Below are positions 50,583 through 59,717 of a stretch of 64,000 nt of DNA, piece by piece. Positions within the stretch are counted from its first letter, which is position 1, and each line of letters begins with the position of its first letter. Origin of the DNA: an uncultured Acidobacteriota bacterium (GTDB lineage: Bacteria; Acidobacteriota; Thermoanaerobaculia; Multivoradales; UBA5704); the NCBI GenBank assembly GCA_963770895.1, contig CAVYRF010000001.1, positions 64,001 through 128,000 on the forward strand, given 5' to 3'. The translations under genes and the position numbers were made by a program. Below the pieces are notes generated by a model. It was not told the DNA's origin, searched no databases, and worked only from the letters and a program-made list of their open reading frames with translations.

Positions 50583-53500
50583 AGATCAGAAAAACGCTTC
50601 TCCTCATTGGCATCTTCGCGCTGGCAGGCCAACACGCTCATGGAGCCACCGTGTATCATTTTGGTGCCGATCCTCTTGCCGACGTTCAGGAGGCAGCCGC
50701 AAACTATAACGCCTGCCCGAAGCACCTCAACACAGAACAGTTGGTCGCTCTCATGCTCTCGCCGACCTGGTGGGAGGTTGCCGGCCAGAGTGGTAACAAC
50801 ACCCCGTCTCCGATGACTCTCGGTCGCCACGACAATGGAAACATGTTGTATCTTCCGGGCCAATGGATGGCTGGGGCACCCTATCGTCGCGTTTTTTGGC
50901 ATCCGGGTATCGGCGTGTGGGAGCTGGACGACAGGTTCAAGGGGTCCTCTCTAAGCATTGAAAAATTCACTACCAGCCAAATCGCGCCTATGGAAGGCTC
51001 GGCACAGTTCGTGGCGCACGACATGTCAATGACATACTGCAATCATTACAACAGCGACGAGACCATCCCGTTGTATTGGGTGTTTAGTCCGTATTGCGCG
51101 TGCGCCAGCGACATGGCGTGCAATACCAGCAGCCAGTATCATAGGCAACACCCAGATTCCGCAAACTGCAATGCAACTTATACCAAGCTTGTAGGTGGAG
51201 CGGCTGTTATTCCTGACCCGTCCCATCCAACCGACAGCTATGGTGGTGGGAAGCCGGACTCGTGTCACTTTGCTGGTGCGCCGGACGCATCGTTCCCCTG
51301 CATCTTCGTAGACCCTGAACATAATGCTCAGGGAGATATCTCTTGGACCCAGTCTCCACCTCCGAACCCGACAAACGCGAATCCGCCCCTTGCGCTTCCC
51401 TTCTATGTGTTCTACCAGCTTGACAATACGGTTCAGCCGCCAGTGCAGTATGAATGGCGCTACTGGATGCAAGAAGTCACTTTCTACCCACAGGACAATG
51501 CGGCGAGGCGAGAGTACGGCACTGGTTCGTCAGAACAGCTTCAATGGTTTCCAGGTGGAGCCATCTCTAATTTGCGTGCAAGTAACTATGGGCTTTGCGA
51601 CGAGACTATGAAGCGTGGCGCTTGCGGCGTTCAGCCGCCTCCCCCTTCAAACCTCTCCGTCATCCTCACGGCGACTCCAGCCAGCGGGCCTGCGCCCCTG
51701 AACGGCGTTACCTTGCAAGCTAACGTGACGGGTACTCCGAACGAGACCATCAACTACACCTTCTATTGCGACCGACCGGACCACGGCACGAACATCACGC
51801 AGCCCTGGGACTATAAGCAGGACACGGTATCGCGGACTCAAATGAGGGTCCCCGGCGGGACCTGCGATTACCTGTATAAAAATCCCGGAACATACACCGC
51901 GAAGGTCATAGCCGAGCAGGGAAACGGCGCGGCGCAGAGTCAGGTGACGATTACGGTGAGCGGTGGCGGCACGTCCGGGTGCTTCCCTCTCGTACTTGCC
52001 ACGAACAACCCGGCCGGTGGCGCGGCGCCCGTGGCCTCTCCGCCGGGAAGCGACCCCTGCGCCGTGGGCGAGTACCAGCCCGGTACGCAGATCCAGCTCA
52101 CGGCGACACCGGCGAGCGGCTGGACGGTCGGCAGCTGGACCGGAACGGCGGACGACCCGAGCACTTCGGACACTAACAGCCTCGTCATGCCGGCGGCGAG
52201 CCACACGGCGACCGTGAACTATGTCCAATCGGCGCCGAGCCCCCTTACGATCACCACGACCTCTTTGCCGGATGGTTTCGTCGGCCAGCTGTACATGACC
52301 ACGCTCATGGCCTCGGGCGGTACCGGCACCGGCTACCATTGGAGCATACAGAGCGGCAGCCTTCCGGCAGGGCTCGGCGGCAACGGCCAGACCGGCGTCA
52401 TAAGCGGCACGCCGACACAGGGTGGCATCGGCAGCAATTTCACCGTGGGCGTCACGGATTCCGGCGGCGACTCCGCGAGCCGGCGGTTCTCGCTCTACGT
52501 GGAGCCGGCGGCGGGCCTCGCGATCAATTCGAGCGCTGCGGGCAGCTTCGCCTTCTTCGTAGGCAACCCATACACGCGAGCGAACTCGATCACTTATACC
52601 GCCGAGGGCGGCCAGGCGCCGTACTCCTGGAGCGCGACCGGCTTGCCGCCGGGCCTCCAGATCGATCCCGCGGGCGGCTTCCTCTATGGGACGCCCACGG
52701 CGACCGGGAGCTATTCGGCGACCATCAAGGCTGAGGACTCGACCGGCAAGACGGGCTCGCTTTCGGTGGTGCTCCCGGTCACGAAGACGACCATCACCAT
52801 CTCCGGCTCGGGAGGCCAGGTACCGGCGAACCCACCGGCGGGCCAGGTCGGGAAGAGCTATGTGACCTTCTTCGAAGCCGGCGGCGGGAGCAACGCAGGC
52901 TTCCAGTGGTCCGTACAAGGGAGCCTGCCGCCTGGCCTCGTGTCCCAAAACGGCCCCGGCTGTCCGGCAATCTGCGCTCTCGAAGTCACCGGCACGCCGA
53001 CCATGCCCGGCACCTATACTTTCACCGTTTCGGTGACCGACTCCCTCGGCGATCAAGGAAGCCAGGCCGAAACGATCGTCGTGAACTCCGGGACGCCGCC
53101 CTCGATCACGACCACCCAGCTCCCCACCGCGACAATCGGGTCCACCTACACGGCGAGCCTCGCCGCCACCGGTGGCACGCCGCCATATCGCTGGAGCTTC
53201 GTGGGCGCGAGTCCGGACCCCGGCATCACCCTCTCGCAGAGCGGCACCTTTGGCGGCGCCTCCCGAAACACGAACGACTGCCCGACCGGCTCCTCGGACG
53301 GCCTCGGCGGGCGTTGGGTCGGCACCGGCTATCCCTCGACCTACTTCCAGGTGCTCGTCACGGACGCCGCCGGCCAGAGCAGCTCGAAGCAGCTCTGCCT
53401 CGTCTCCTACTACCCGCGACCCCAGGTGACCTCGGACACGCCGTCCTCAGTCACGATCGACGGCGCGAGCCATACGTTCACCTTGAACGGCGCGAACTTC

Positions 53501-54028
53501 AGGAGCACGTCGTACATCGTCACGAACGGTGGTGGCACTCTCCCCTCGACCTACGTGGGACCGAACGCGCTCTCTTTCACGCTCTACGTCGGCAGTTTTT
53601 ACCCGCTCTGCGCGAATCCGAACGGCACCGACTGCTTTGATGCGCAGACCCTCCCGCAGTGGGTGATCGAGCCGTACTCGAACATAAGCACGACGAGCGT
53701 CGGCCTCCCGATCTACAACCCGCCGCCGACCCTAAGTTCGGTCGCGGCCGTGCTCGACAACACGAACCAGCCCTGCACCGCAAACCAGCTCTGCCAACTC
53801 GTGGTCACTGGTAGCGGATTCTCCTTCACCGGCGACACCTCAATGCTTATCGTGGAAGCGAACGAGAGCGTGACGATCGCCACCTACCCCTCGGGACCGC
53901 CGCCATGGGGACAGATCATCACGGGCGCGTTCTCCCTGCCATCCGGGACCTATACCTTGCAGGTCACGAACAATCACCAGGCGGGCGGGTCGAACGTGTC
54001 GGTATCGACGACCTTCCAAGTGAACTGA
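50579..54028 (+). CDS. Large secreted protein: unknown N-terminal domain + PKD-like + repeated putative Ig domains + IPT-like
   Basis: Signal peptide; YKNPGTYTAKV; repeated ITTTSLP..GG..Y.WS..G.LP.GL...GTPT units. Confidence 0.85.
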   Translation: MKIRKTLLLIGIFALAGQHAHGATVYHFGADPLADVQEAAANYNACPKHLNTEQLVALMLSPTWWEVAGQSGNNTPSPMTLGRHDNGNMLYLPGQWMAGAPYRRVFWHPGIGVWELDDRFKGSSLSIEKFTTSQIAPMEGSAQFVAHDMSMTYCNHYNSDETIPLYWVFSPYCACASDMACNTSSQYHRQHPDSANCNATYTKLVGGAAVIPDPSHPTDSYGGGKPDSCHFAGAPDASFPCIFVDPEHNAQGDISWTQSPPPNPTNANPPLALPFYVFYQLDNTVQPPVQYEWRYWMQEVTFYPQDNAARREYGTGSSEQLQWFPGGAISNLRASNYGLCDETMKRGACGVQPPPPSNLSVILTATPASGPAPLNGVTLQANVTGTPNETINYTFYCDRPDHGTNITQPWDYKQDTVSRTQMRVPGGTCDYLYKNPGTYTAKVIAEQGNGAAQSQVTITVSGGGTSGCFPLVLATNNPAGGAAPVASPPGSDPCAVGEYQPGTQIQLTATPASGWTVGSWTGTADDPSTSDTNSLVMPAASHTATVNYVQSAPSPLTITTTSLPDGFVGQLYMTTLMASGGTGTGYHWSIQSGSLPAGLGGNGQTGVISGTPTQGGIGSNFTVGVTDSGGDSASRRFSLYVEPAAGLAINSSAAGSFAFFVGNPYTRANSITYTAEGGQAPYSWSATGLPPGLQIDPAGGFLYGTPTATGSYSATIKAEDSTGKTGSLSVVLPVTKTTITISGSGGQVPANPPAGQVGKSYVTFFEAGGGSNAGFQWSVQGSLPPGLVSQNGPGCPAICALEVTGTPTMPGTYTFTVSVTDSLGDQGSQAETIVVNSGTPPSITTTQLPTATIGSTYTASLAATGGTPPYRWSFVGASPDPGITLSQSGTFGGASRNTNDCPTGSSDGLGGRWVGTGYPSTYFQVLVTDAAGQSSSKQLCLVSYYPRPQVTSDTPSSVTIDGASHTFTLNGANFRSTSYIVTNGGGTLPSTYVGPNALSFTLYVGSFYPLCANPNGTDCFDAQTLPQWVIEPYSNISTTSVGLPIYNPPPTLSSVAAVLDNTNQPCTANQLCQLVVTGSGFSFTGDTSMLIVEANESVTIATYPSGPPPWGQIITGAFSLPSGTYTLQVTNNHQAGGSNVSVSTTFQVN

Positions 54029-54035
54029 AGGTGGG

Positions 54036-54067
54036 ATTTGGGCGGCGCCAGATGGCGCCGCCCAAAT
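54036..54067. terminator. Perfect 15-bp inverted repeat after the surface-protein gene
   Basis: ATTTGGGCGGCGCCA-GA-TGGCGCCGCCCAAAT. Confidence 0.55.
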
Positions 54068-54102
54068 GGCTCAGGTTCGAGAACGATTAGGAGGCATCTG
54101 CC

Positions 54103-54768
54103 ATGCGTAAGCCGCAGGTCGAAGGCCACTGGCACTCCCTGGTCGAGGGCTTTGCCACCTCATCCCTGGACTTCTACGAGCTGGTAAAGGCCGGCATTGC
54201 GAGGCGGGAGATCCCCGACCTCAAGGTTTCCCAGGTGGAGTGGAAGGAGAGCGGCTTGGGCTCCGGCAAGCGCACCTACCTGCGAGTTAGCCGCGAGGGC
54301 CTGAACTTTGATATCTGCGCCGCGCCCTTCGGCACCGGGTACTTCTTCTCCTGGTGGCTCGCACGCATTCCGCGCGTCCTCTTGGACTTCGCCTTCATCT
54401 TCGGCTGTTTCTGCGCTTGGTGGCTCATTGCCCTCGTCCTCCTCTCGGGGAACCGGGAGGGCCATGGCTGCGGCGTGATCTTCGCCCCCTTCGTGCTCTT
54501 GGCGCTCATCCTCGCCCTCGGCTTCTTCGTCCGCTACGGCGAGAGTGGCCTGGAGACGACCGTTCTCTCCATGCCGATCACCGGCTTCTGCTATGGGCTC
54601 ATCTTCCGCCCGCAGACATATGTCAACGAGGACACCGCGATCATGTTCCGAGAGTCGGTCCACCACGCGGTCACGGAAGCTATCGACCAGGTGACCTCCG
54701 CTCAAGGCGTGCGCGGGCTCTCCGAGGAGGCGCGTAAGATCACCTTCCAGCCGGGCGGCAAGAGATGA
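54103..54768 (+). CDS. Conserved membrane protein
   Basis: AGGAGG RBS; paralog of 18758..19438. Confidence 0.8.
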   Translation: MRKPQVEGHWHSLVEGFATSSLDFYELVKAGIARREIPDLKVSQVEWKESGLGSGKRTYLRVSREGLNFDICAAPFGTGYFFSWWLARIPRVLLDFAFIFGCFCAWWLIALVLLSGNREGHGCGVIFAPFVLLALILALGFFVRYGESGLETTVLSMPITGFCYGLIFRPQTYVNEDTAIMFRESVHHAVTEAIDQVTSAQGVRGLSEEARKITFQPGGKR

Positions 54769-54785
54769 CCGCCGCGGGATAGAGG

Positions 54786-57779
54786 ATGAGCCGTACCACC
54801 CTGCCGGAGCGCCTTACCGAGCAGTTCTACGCCTGGGAACTGCGCGGTCGGGGCTGGCAGGAGTTTCCCTCCGCGGTCGCGCTCGAACCGCCCTACGTAC
54901 CCTTCCCCGGATACTTCCTGCCGCCGATCAGGGACGACGGCCACCGGCCGGGACTCCTCAGTCGCTTCCTGGCACCGCCTCGGCGAGAAGAAGAAACACC
55001 AGAGCTTGAGGAACCCGAACCGGAAGCGTTCCAAACCGACGAGCCCTTGATCGAGTGCCTCGTCTCCCTGCCGCGGGACGAGGCGGTGAAGCCCGAGAGC
55101 GCCGAGCGCTTTCTCCTGGCCCTCTCCGGCGCCGAGCTGCCCTTGGCCTTCGAGGTGGTGGGCCTCTCGGATCAGCTCCGCGTGCAGCTCGTCTCCCGCG
55201 CGCCGGATGCGGGACTCCTCGCAAACCAGCTCCGGGCCTTCTTCCCCGAGGTCTCGATCGCGACCGAGCCGGAAGGGTTGCGGCAGACGTGGACGCGCAC
55301 GCAGGGCGAGACCGTCCTCGTCCACTTCGGCTTGGCGCGCGAGTTCATGCTGCCCTTGGCCTCCTTCCGCTCCCTCGACCCCGATCCCTTGCTGCCGCTC
55401 TTCGGCGCGATGGCCGAGCTCGAACAGGGCGAGATAGGACTCGTCCAGGTGATCTTCCAGCGGGTCCGTGAGCGGTGGGCCGAGAGCGTGATGCGCGCTG
55501 TCGTGACCGGCGGCGGCGAGCCCTTTTTCGCGGACTACCCGGAACTCACGAAGGCTGCGCGGGAGAAGGTTTCCCGGCCCCTGTATGCCGCCTGTCTGCG
55601 GATAGCAGCAAAGAGCAGCGATGCGAGCGGCGCCTGGCGGATCGTGCGCGACCTGGCCGGAGCCGTGACCCATTTCGGCGTGCCTCACGGCAACGAGCTT
55701 CTCCCGCTCGCCTCCGAGGAAGGCGACGACGCGACCGAGCAAATCTTCGAGAGGGTCAGTCGCCGGCCGGGCATGATCGTAGGAAGCGATGAGCTGGCGG
55801 CCTTGGTACACCTCCCGGGCGCCTCAGTGCGGGTGCCGAAGCTCCTGCGGGAGATACGACGATCGAAGGCGGCGCCAGCGCTCTCGCAAGGATCAGGCAT
55901 CCTTCTCGGCGAGAACCTCCACCACGGCAAGACGGTGCCGGTCAGGCTTCCGAATGATCTGCGGCTCCGGCATCTCCATGTGATCGGGGCCTCGGGCTCG
56001 GGCAAGTCCACGCTCCTCATCGATCTCATCATGCAGGACATCGAAGAGGGCCGGGGCGTCGGCGTCCTCGATCCGCACGGCGATCTCATAGACGAGATCG
56101 CGGGGCGCATCCCCGAGGGGCGCCTATCGGACGCCATCCTCTTCGATCCGGCGGACACTGCATACCCGGTTGCCTGGAACATCCTCGAAGCCCACAGCGA
56201 GCTTGAGCGCACGCTCCTTGCCTCGGACCTCGTAGGCATCTTCCGCCGCTTCTCGACCTCCTGGGGCGACCAGATGACAAGCGTTCTTGGGAACGCGGTC
56301 CTCGTGCTCCTTGAAAACCCCGGAAGCACGCTCCTTGATCTCAGGGAGTTCCTGGTGGACCGTTCGGCCCGCGAACGGTTGCTTGCCGCGGTCGATGATC
56401 CATACCTCCTTTCATATTTTCGGCATGAGTTTCAGCTGGCGGCCGGGAAGAGCGTGGGCGCCATCCTCACGAGGCTCGATGGCTTCTTGAGAAGCAAGAC
56501 GGTGCGCCAGATTGTCGGCGCTCGTGAGAGCCGGCTTGATCTTCGCGCCGTCGTAGACCAGGGGCAGATCTTCCTTGCCCGGCTCTCCGAGGGCGCGATC
56601 GGGGAGGAGAACGCAGCGCTCCTCGGAAGCCTCCTCGTCTCCAAGTTCCACCAGATCACGATGAGCCGGCAGGAGGTGAAAAGAGAAGAGCGCCGGCCCT
56701 TCTTCCTTTACGCGGACGAGTGCCAAGAGGTAGCCACTTCTTCCATGGCGCAGCTCCTTGCGGGAGCGAGGAAGTACGGCTTGGGACTCACGCTTGCCCA
56801 TCAGGATCTCCGCCAGCTAGAAGCGAAAGCTCCCGAGGTCGCCTCGGCCCTTCTCGGGAACGCCGGCACGCGCATCGCCTTCCGGGTCGGTGACCGGGAC
56901 GCGAAGGCTCTCTCCGAGGGTCTCTCCTTCTTTGGCGCTGGCGACCTCATGAGCCTGCGAGTTGGGGAGGCCATCGCCCGGATCGACAACTCGCAGGGTG
57001 ACTGCAATCTAAAGACGCATCTTCTGCCGGCGGTGGCGCCAGAGACGGCCGCCGAGCGGCGCGAGGCGATCACCGCTCGCTCGCGCGAGCGCTATGCCGT
57101 GCGGCGTGAAGAGCGGCAAAGAGCGGCTGAGTCGGAGCCAGAGGTCACACGGCCGGCAGCTCCACGCACGGAAAGGACGCCACCGCCGGTCCCGACCAAG
57201 CCAGCACCCACCCCGCCGCAACCGGCACCGGCCCGCGAGCGCGGGACTCCGCCCATCGCGCCTCCGCCCCTCGGCCGCGGTGGGCCGGAGCATCAGTACC
57301 TCCAAGAACTCGTGAAGCGCTGGGGCGAGGCCAAGGGTTACCGGGCGACGGTCGAGGAACCGTTGCCGTCCGGCGGCCGGGTGGACGTGGCTCTGCGGCG
57401 CGAGGGGCATTCCCTCGCTTGCGAGATCTCGGTCACGACTGGCGCCGAGCACGAAATTGGGAACGTCCTGAAATGCCTTGAGGCGGAATTCGATGATGTG
57501 GTCCTCCTCTCGCTCCATCGCGGCACGCTCGGCAAGGTGCGGCAGGCGGCGGAAACCAGGGTGGCCGAGAAGGACCGGGGCCGTCTCCACTTTATGAGCC
57601 CGGAGGAGTTTTTCACGTTCCTTGACGCTCCGGCGCCGGCTGCGACCGAAACAACGGTAGGCGGGTACAAGGTGAAGGTGAAGTACCGGCCGGCCGAGGG
57701 CGAAGCGGCGACGAGGAAAAGCAAGGCGGTCTCGGAGATACTGCTCAAGAGCGTGAAGCGGATGAAAAAAGAGGAATAG
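54786..57779 (+). CDS. Large VirD4/TraD-like ATPase with C-terminal restriction-endonuclease-like domain
   Basis: GASGSGKS, YADECQ, Pro-rich linker, then H..LQ...EE...GRVDVAL...ACEIS. Confidence 0.88.
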   Translation: MSRTTLPERLTEQFYAWELRGRGWQEFPSAVALEPPYVPFPGYFLPPIRDDGHRPGLLSRFLAPPRREEETPELEEPEPEAFQTDEPLIECLVSLPRDEAVKPESAERFLLALSGAELPLAFEVVGLSDQLRVQLVSRAPDAGLLANQLRAFFPEVSIATEPEGLRQTWTRTQGETVLVHFGLAREFMLPLASFRSLDPDPLLPLFGAMAELEQGEIGLVQVIFQRVRERWAESVMRAVVTGGGEPFFADYPELTKAAREKVSRPLYAACLRIAAKSSDASGAWRIVRDLAGAVTHFGVPHGNELLPLASEEGDDATEQIFERVSRRPGMIVGSDELAALVHLPGASVRVPKLLREIRRSKAAPALSQGSGILLGENLHHGKTVPVRLPNDLRLRHLHVIGASGSGKSTLLIDLIMQDIEEGRGVGVLDPHGDLIDEIAGRIPEGRLSDAILFDPADTAYPVAWNILEAHSELERTLLASDLVGIFRRFSTSWGDQMTSVLGNAVLVLLENPGSTLLDLREFLVDRSARERLLAAVDDPYLLSYFRHEFQLAAGKSVGAILTRLDGFLRSKTVRQIVGARESRLDLRAVVDQGQIFLARLSEGAIGEENAALLGSLLVSKFHQITMSRQEVKREERRPFFLYADECQEVATSSMAQLLAGARKYGLGLTLAHQDLRQLEAKAPEVASALLGNAGTRIAFRVGDRDAKALSEGLSFFGAGDLMSLRVGEAIARIDNSQGDCNLKTHLLPAVAPETAAERREAITARSRERYAVRREERQRAAESEPEVTRPAAPRTERTPPPVPTKPAPTPPQPAPARERGTPPIAPPPLGRGGPEHQYLQELVKRWGEAKGYRATVEEPLPSGGRVDVALRREGHSLACEISVTTGAEHEIGNVLKCLEAEFDDVVLLSLHRGTLGKVRQAAETRVAEKDRGRLHFMSPEEFFTFLDAPAPAATETTVGGYKVKVKYRPAEGEAATRKSKAVSEILLKSVKRMKKEE

Positions 57780-57814
57780 GGAGGGGAGGAGCCCGTAGCC
57801 CGATCGGAAGAAAT

Positions 57815-57829
57815 ATCCCAAGATGTGAT
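57815..57829. promoter_or_regulatory. Operator-like palindrome upstream of LSR1
   Basis: ATCCCAAGATGTGAT, one mismatch from the 8619 site. Confidence 0.65.
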
Positions 57830-57879
57830 ATTTTCTTTTGGCTGAGGTAGACGGGAACTCCGCAGGAGAGCGAGTGGCT

Positions 57880-59496
57880 ATGACCAAGGCAAAGCAAGCC
57901 GACGAACCGGCCCCGAAGCGCGTCGCGATCTGGATCAGGGTCTCGACCGAGGACCAAGCCAAGGGCGAGAGTCCCGAGCACCACGAGCACCGCGCCCGAG
58001 CCTATGCGGAGGTGAAGGGCTGGCAGGTGGTGACCCTGTATAACCTGGCCGGCGTCTCCGGCAAAGCCGTCATGGCCCACCCGGAAGCCCGCCGGATGAT
58101 GGAGGACGTGAAGGCCGGCCGCATCTCGGGCCTCATCTTCTCCAAGCTCGCGCGCCTGGCCCGCAATACCAAGGAACTCCTCGACTTCGCGGAGTTCTTC
58201 AAGGCGGAGGGCGCCGACCTCATCTCCCTTCAGGAGTCGATCGACACCTCGACCCCCGCCGGCCGCTTCTTCTACACGGTCGTGGCCGGCATGGCGGCCT
58301 GGGAGCGCGAGGAGATCGCCGAGCGCGTCTCGGCCTCTGTCCCTATCCGCGCGAAGCTCGGCAAACCCCTCGGCGGTGCCGCGCCCTTCGGTTACCAGTG
58401 GCATGAGCGGCGCCTCGTGCCCCACCCGGAGGAAGCGCCGGTGCGCCGACTCATCTACGAGCTGTTCCGCGAGCACAAGCGCCTGAAGACCGTCGCGCAG
58501 ACCTTGACCGCGCGCGGCTACCGCACGCGGCGGGGCGAGCGCTTCACGGATACGACGCTGCGCCGCCTCATCGAGGACCCGACCGCGAAAGGCGCGCGGC
58601 GGGCGAACTACACGAAGTCCCGCGGCGACGGCAAGAGCTGGGACTTGAAACCGGCTGCGGAGTGGGTGACCGTCGCCGTGGAGCCCGTCGTCTCCGCGGA
58701 GCTGTGGACGGAATGCAACGCCCTCCTTGCAGAACGGACGCGCACGCGGAAGCCTCCGACCAAGCGGCCGGTCCACCTCTTCACCGGGCTCGTCCACTGC
58801 ACCTGTGGTGGGAACTTCAAGGTTCCCTCAAGCATCCCGAACAAGTACGTCTGCGACGGGTGCCGGCGGAAAATCCCGATCACCGACCTCGAACGGCTCT
58901 TTCAGACGGAACTTGAACGCTTCGTCCTCTCGCCCGCAGCCGTGGCGGCTCACCTCGCCGACGGGGATGCGGCACTCGTCGGGAAGGACGCACTGCTCGC
59001 GTCGCTCCTCTCCGAGCGGGAGCGCCTCGCGGCAGAAGCCGAGAAGCTCTACCGCCTCTACCTGGCCGACTCTCTCTCGGTCGAGAGCTTCGGGGCGAAG
59101 CACCGGCCCCTTGAGGAGCGCCTCCGCCAGCTGGATGAGGAGGTGCCCCGCCTCCAAGGCGAAATCGACTTCCTCCGCATCAGCCTCCTGAACCAGGCCG
59201 AGGTCATCTCTGAAGCTCGCGATCTCTACCACCGCTTTGAGGATTTGCCTTTCGAGGACCGGCGGGCAATCGTCGAGGCGATCGTGGAGCGCATCCAGAT
59301 CGGGAGGGAGGAAATCGAGCTGACGCTCGCCGCCCTCCCTTCCTTTCCCAAGATGACGGCATTTGGGCAACACACCCCCAGGGGTTCATTCATAAGTTGC
59401 CACCCTGCCGCGTCACCCTCCGAGGACGCAAGGCGGCGACCTCAAGAACGTGGCGATGTGATAGCGTCTGATGCGTGCGCACCACACTCGACATAG
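57880..59496 (+). CDS. Large serine recombinase/integrase (LSR1); reads through att site C
   Basis: WIRVST, KLARLARN, GAAPFGY, Zn ribbon CTCG...YVCDGC, coiled coil. Confidence 0.95.
   Translation: MTKAKQADEPAPKRVAIWIRVSTEDQAKGESPEHHEHRARAYAEVKGWQVVTLYNLAGVSGKAVMAHPEARRMMEDVKAGRISGLIFSKLARLARNTKELLDFAEFFKAEGADLISLQESIDTSTPAGRFFYTVVAGMAAWEREEIAERVSASVPIRAKLGKPLGGAAPFGYQWHERRLVPHPEEAPVRRLIYELFREHKRLKTVAQTLTARGYRTRRGERFTDTTLRRLIEDPTAKGARRANYTKSRGDGKSWDLKPAAEWVTVAVEPVVSAELWTECNALLAERTRTRKPPTKRPVHLFTGLVHCTCGGNFKVPSSIPNKYVCDGCRRKIPITDLERLFQTELERFVLSPAAVAAHLADGDAALVGKDALLASLLSERERLAAEAEKLYRLYLADSLSVESFGAKHRPLEERLRQLDEEVPRLQGEIDFLRISLLNQAEVISEARDLYHRFEDLPFEDRRAIVEAIVERIQIGREEIELTLAALPSFPKMTAFGQHTPRGSFISCHPAASPSEDARRRPQERGDVIASDACAPHST
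59349..59393 (+). repeat. att-like site C inside the LSR1 3' end
   Basis: CAAGATGACGGCATTTGGGCAACACACCC-CCAG-GGGTTCATTCAT. Confidence 0.85.
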
Positions 59497-59717
59497 CAGA
59501 CGATATCCTCCTAGCAGTGAAGGAGAGAGCGCGCCGGCAGAGGCGCAGTTCAGGGGAGGTGCTCTCCGACCTCGCTCGCGAAGCCTTGACCCGGCAGGGC
59601 CACGCCGGCCACGCCGCCGAACCCGAGGCCTTCTACGGCTTCCAGCCCCTCCCTCGCCGGGGCGCCGTCATCTCGAACGAGATGGTCGACCGTCTCCGTG
59701 AGGAGGATCTCGAATAG
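59475..59717 (+). CDS. vapB: VapB-type (RHH) antitoxin
   Basis: MRTTLDIADDIL..VKERARRQRRSSGEVLSDLAR. Confidence 0.85.
   Translation: MRTTLDIADDILLAVKERARRQRRSSGEVLSDLAREALTRQGHAGHAAEPEAFYGFQPLPRRGAVISNEMVDRLREEDLE

Larger units (their letters stand above)
7845..59381. mobile_element. LSR1-type integrative element (~51.5 kb) between att sites B and C
   Basis: Shared CACCCYCAGGGGT core. Joining the ends rebuilds a palindromic attP. The same operator occurs near both ends. Confidence 0.75.

Noticed and set aside
59379-59393. Integration into comM/yifB (minus strand ATGAACCCCTG resembles the MNPC motif)
   Set aside because: The match is ~11 bp only; neither flank encodes Mg-chelatase-like sequence.
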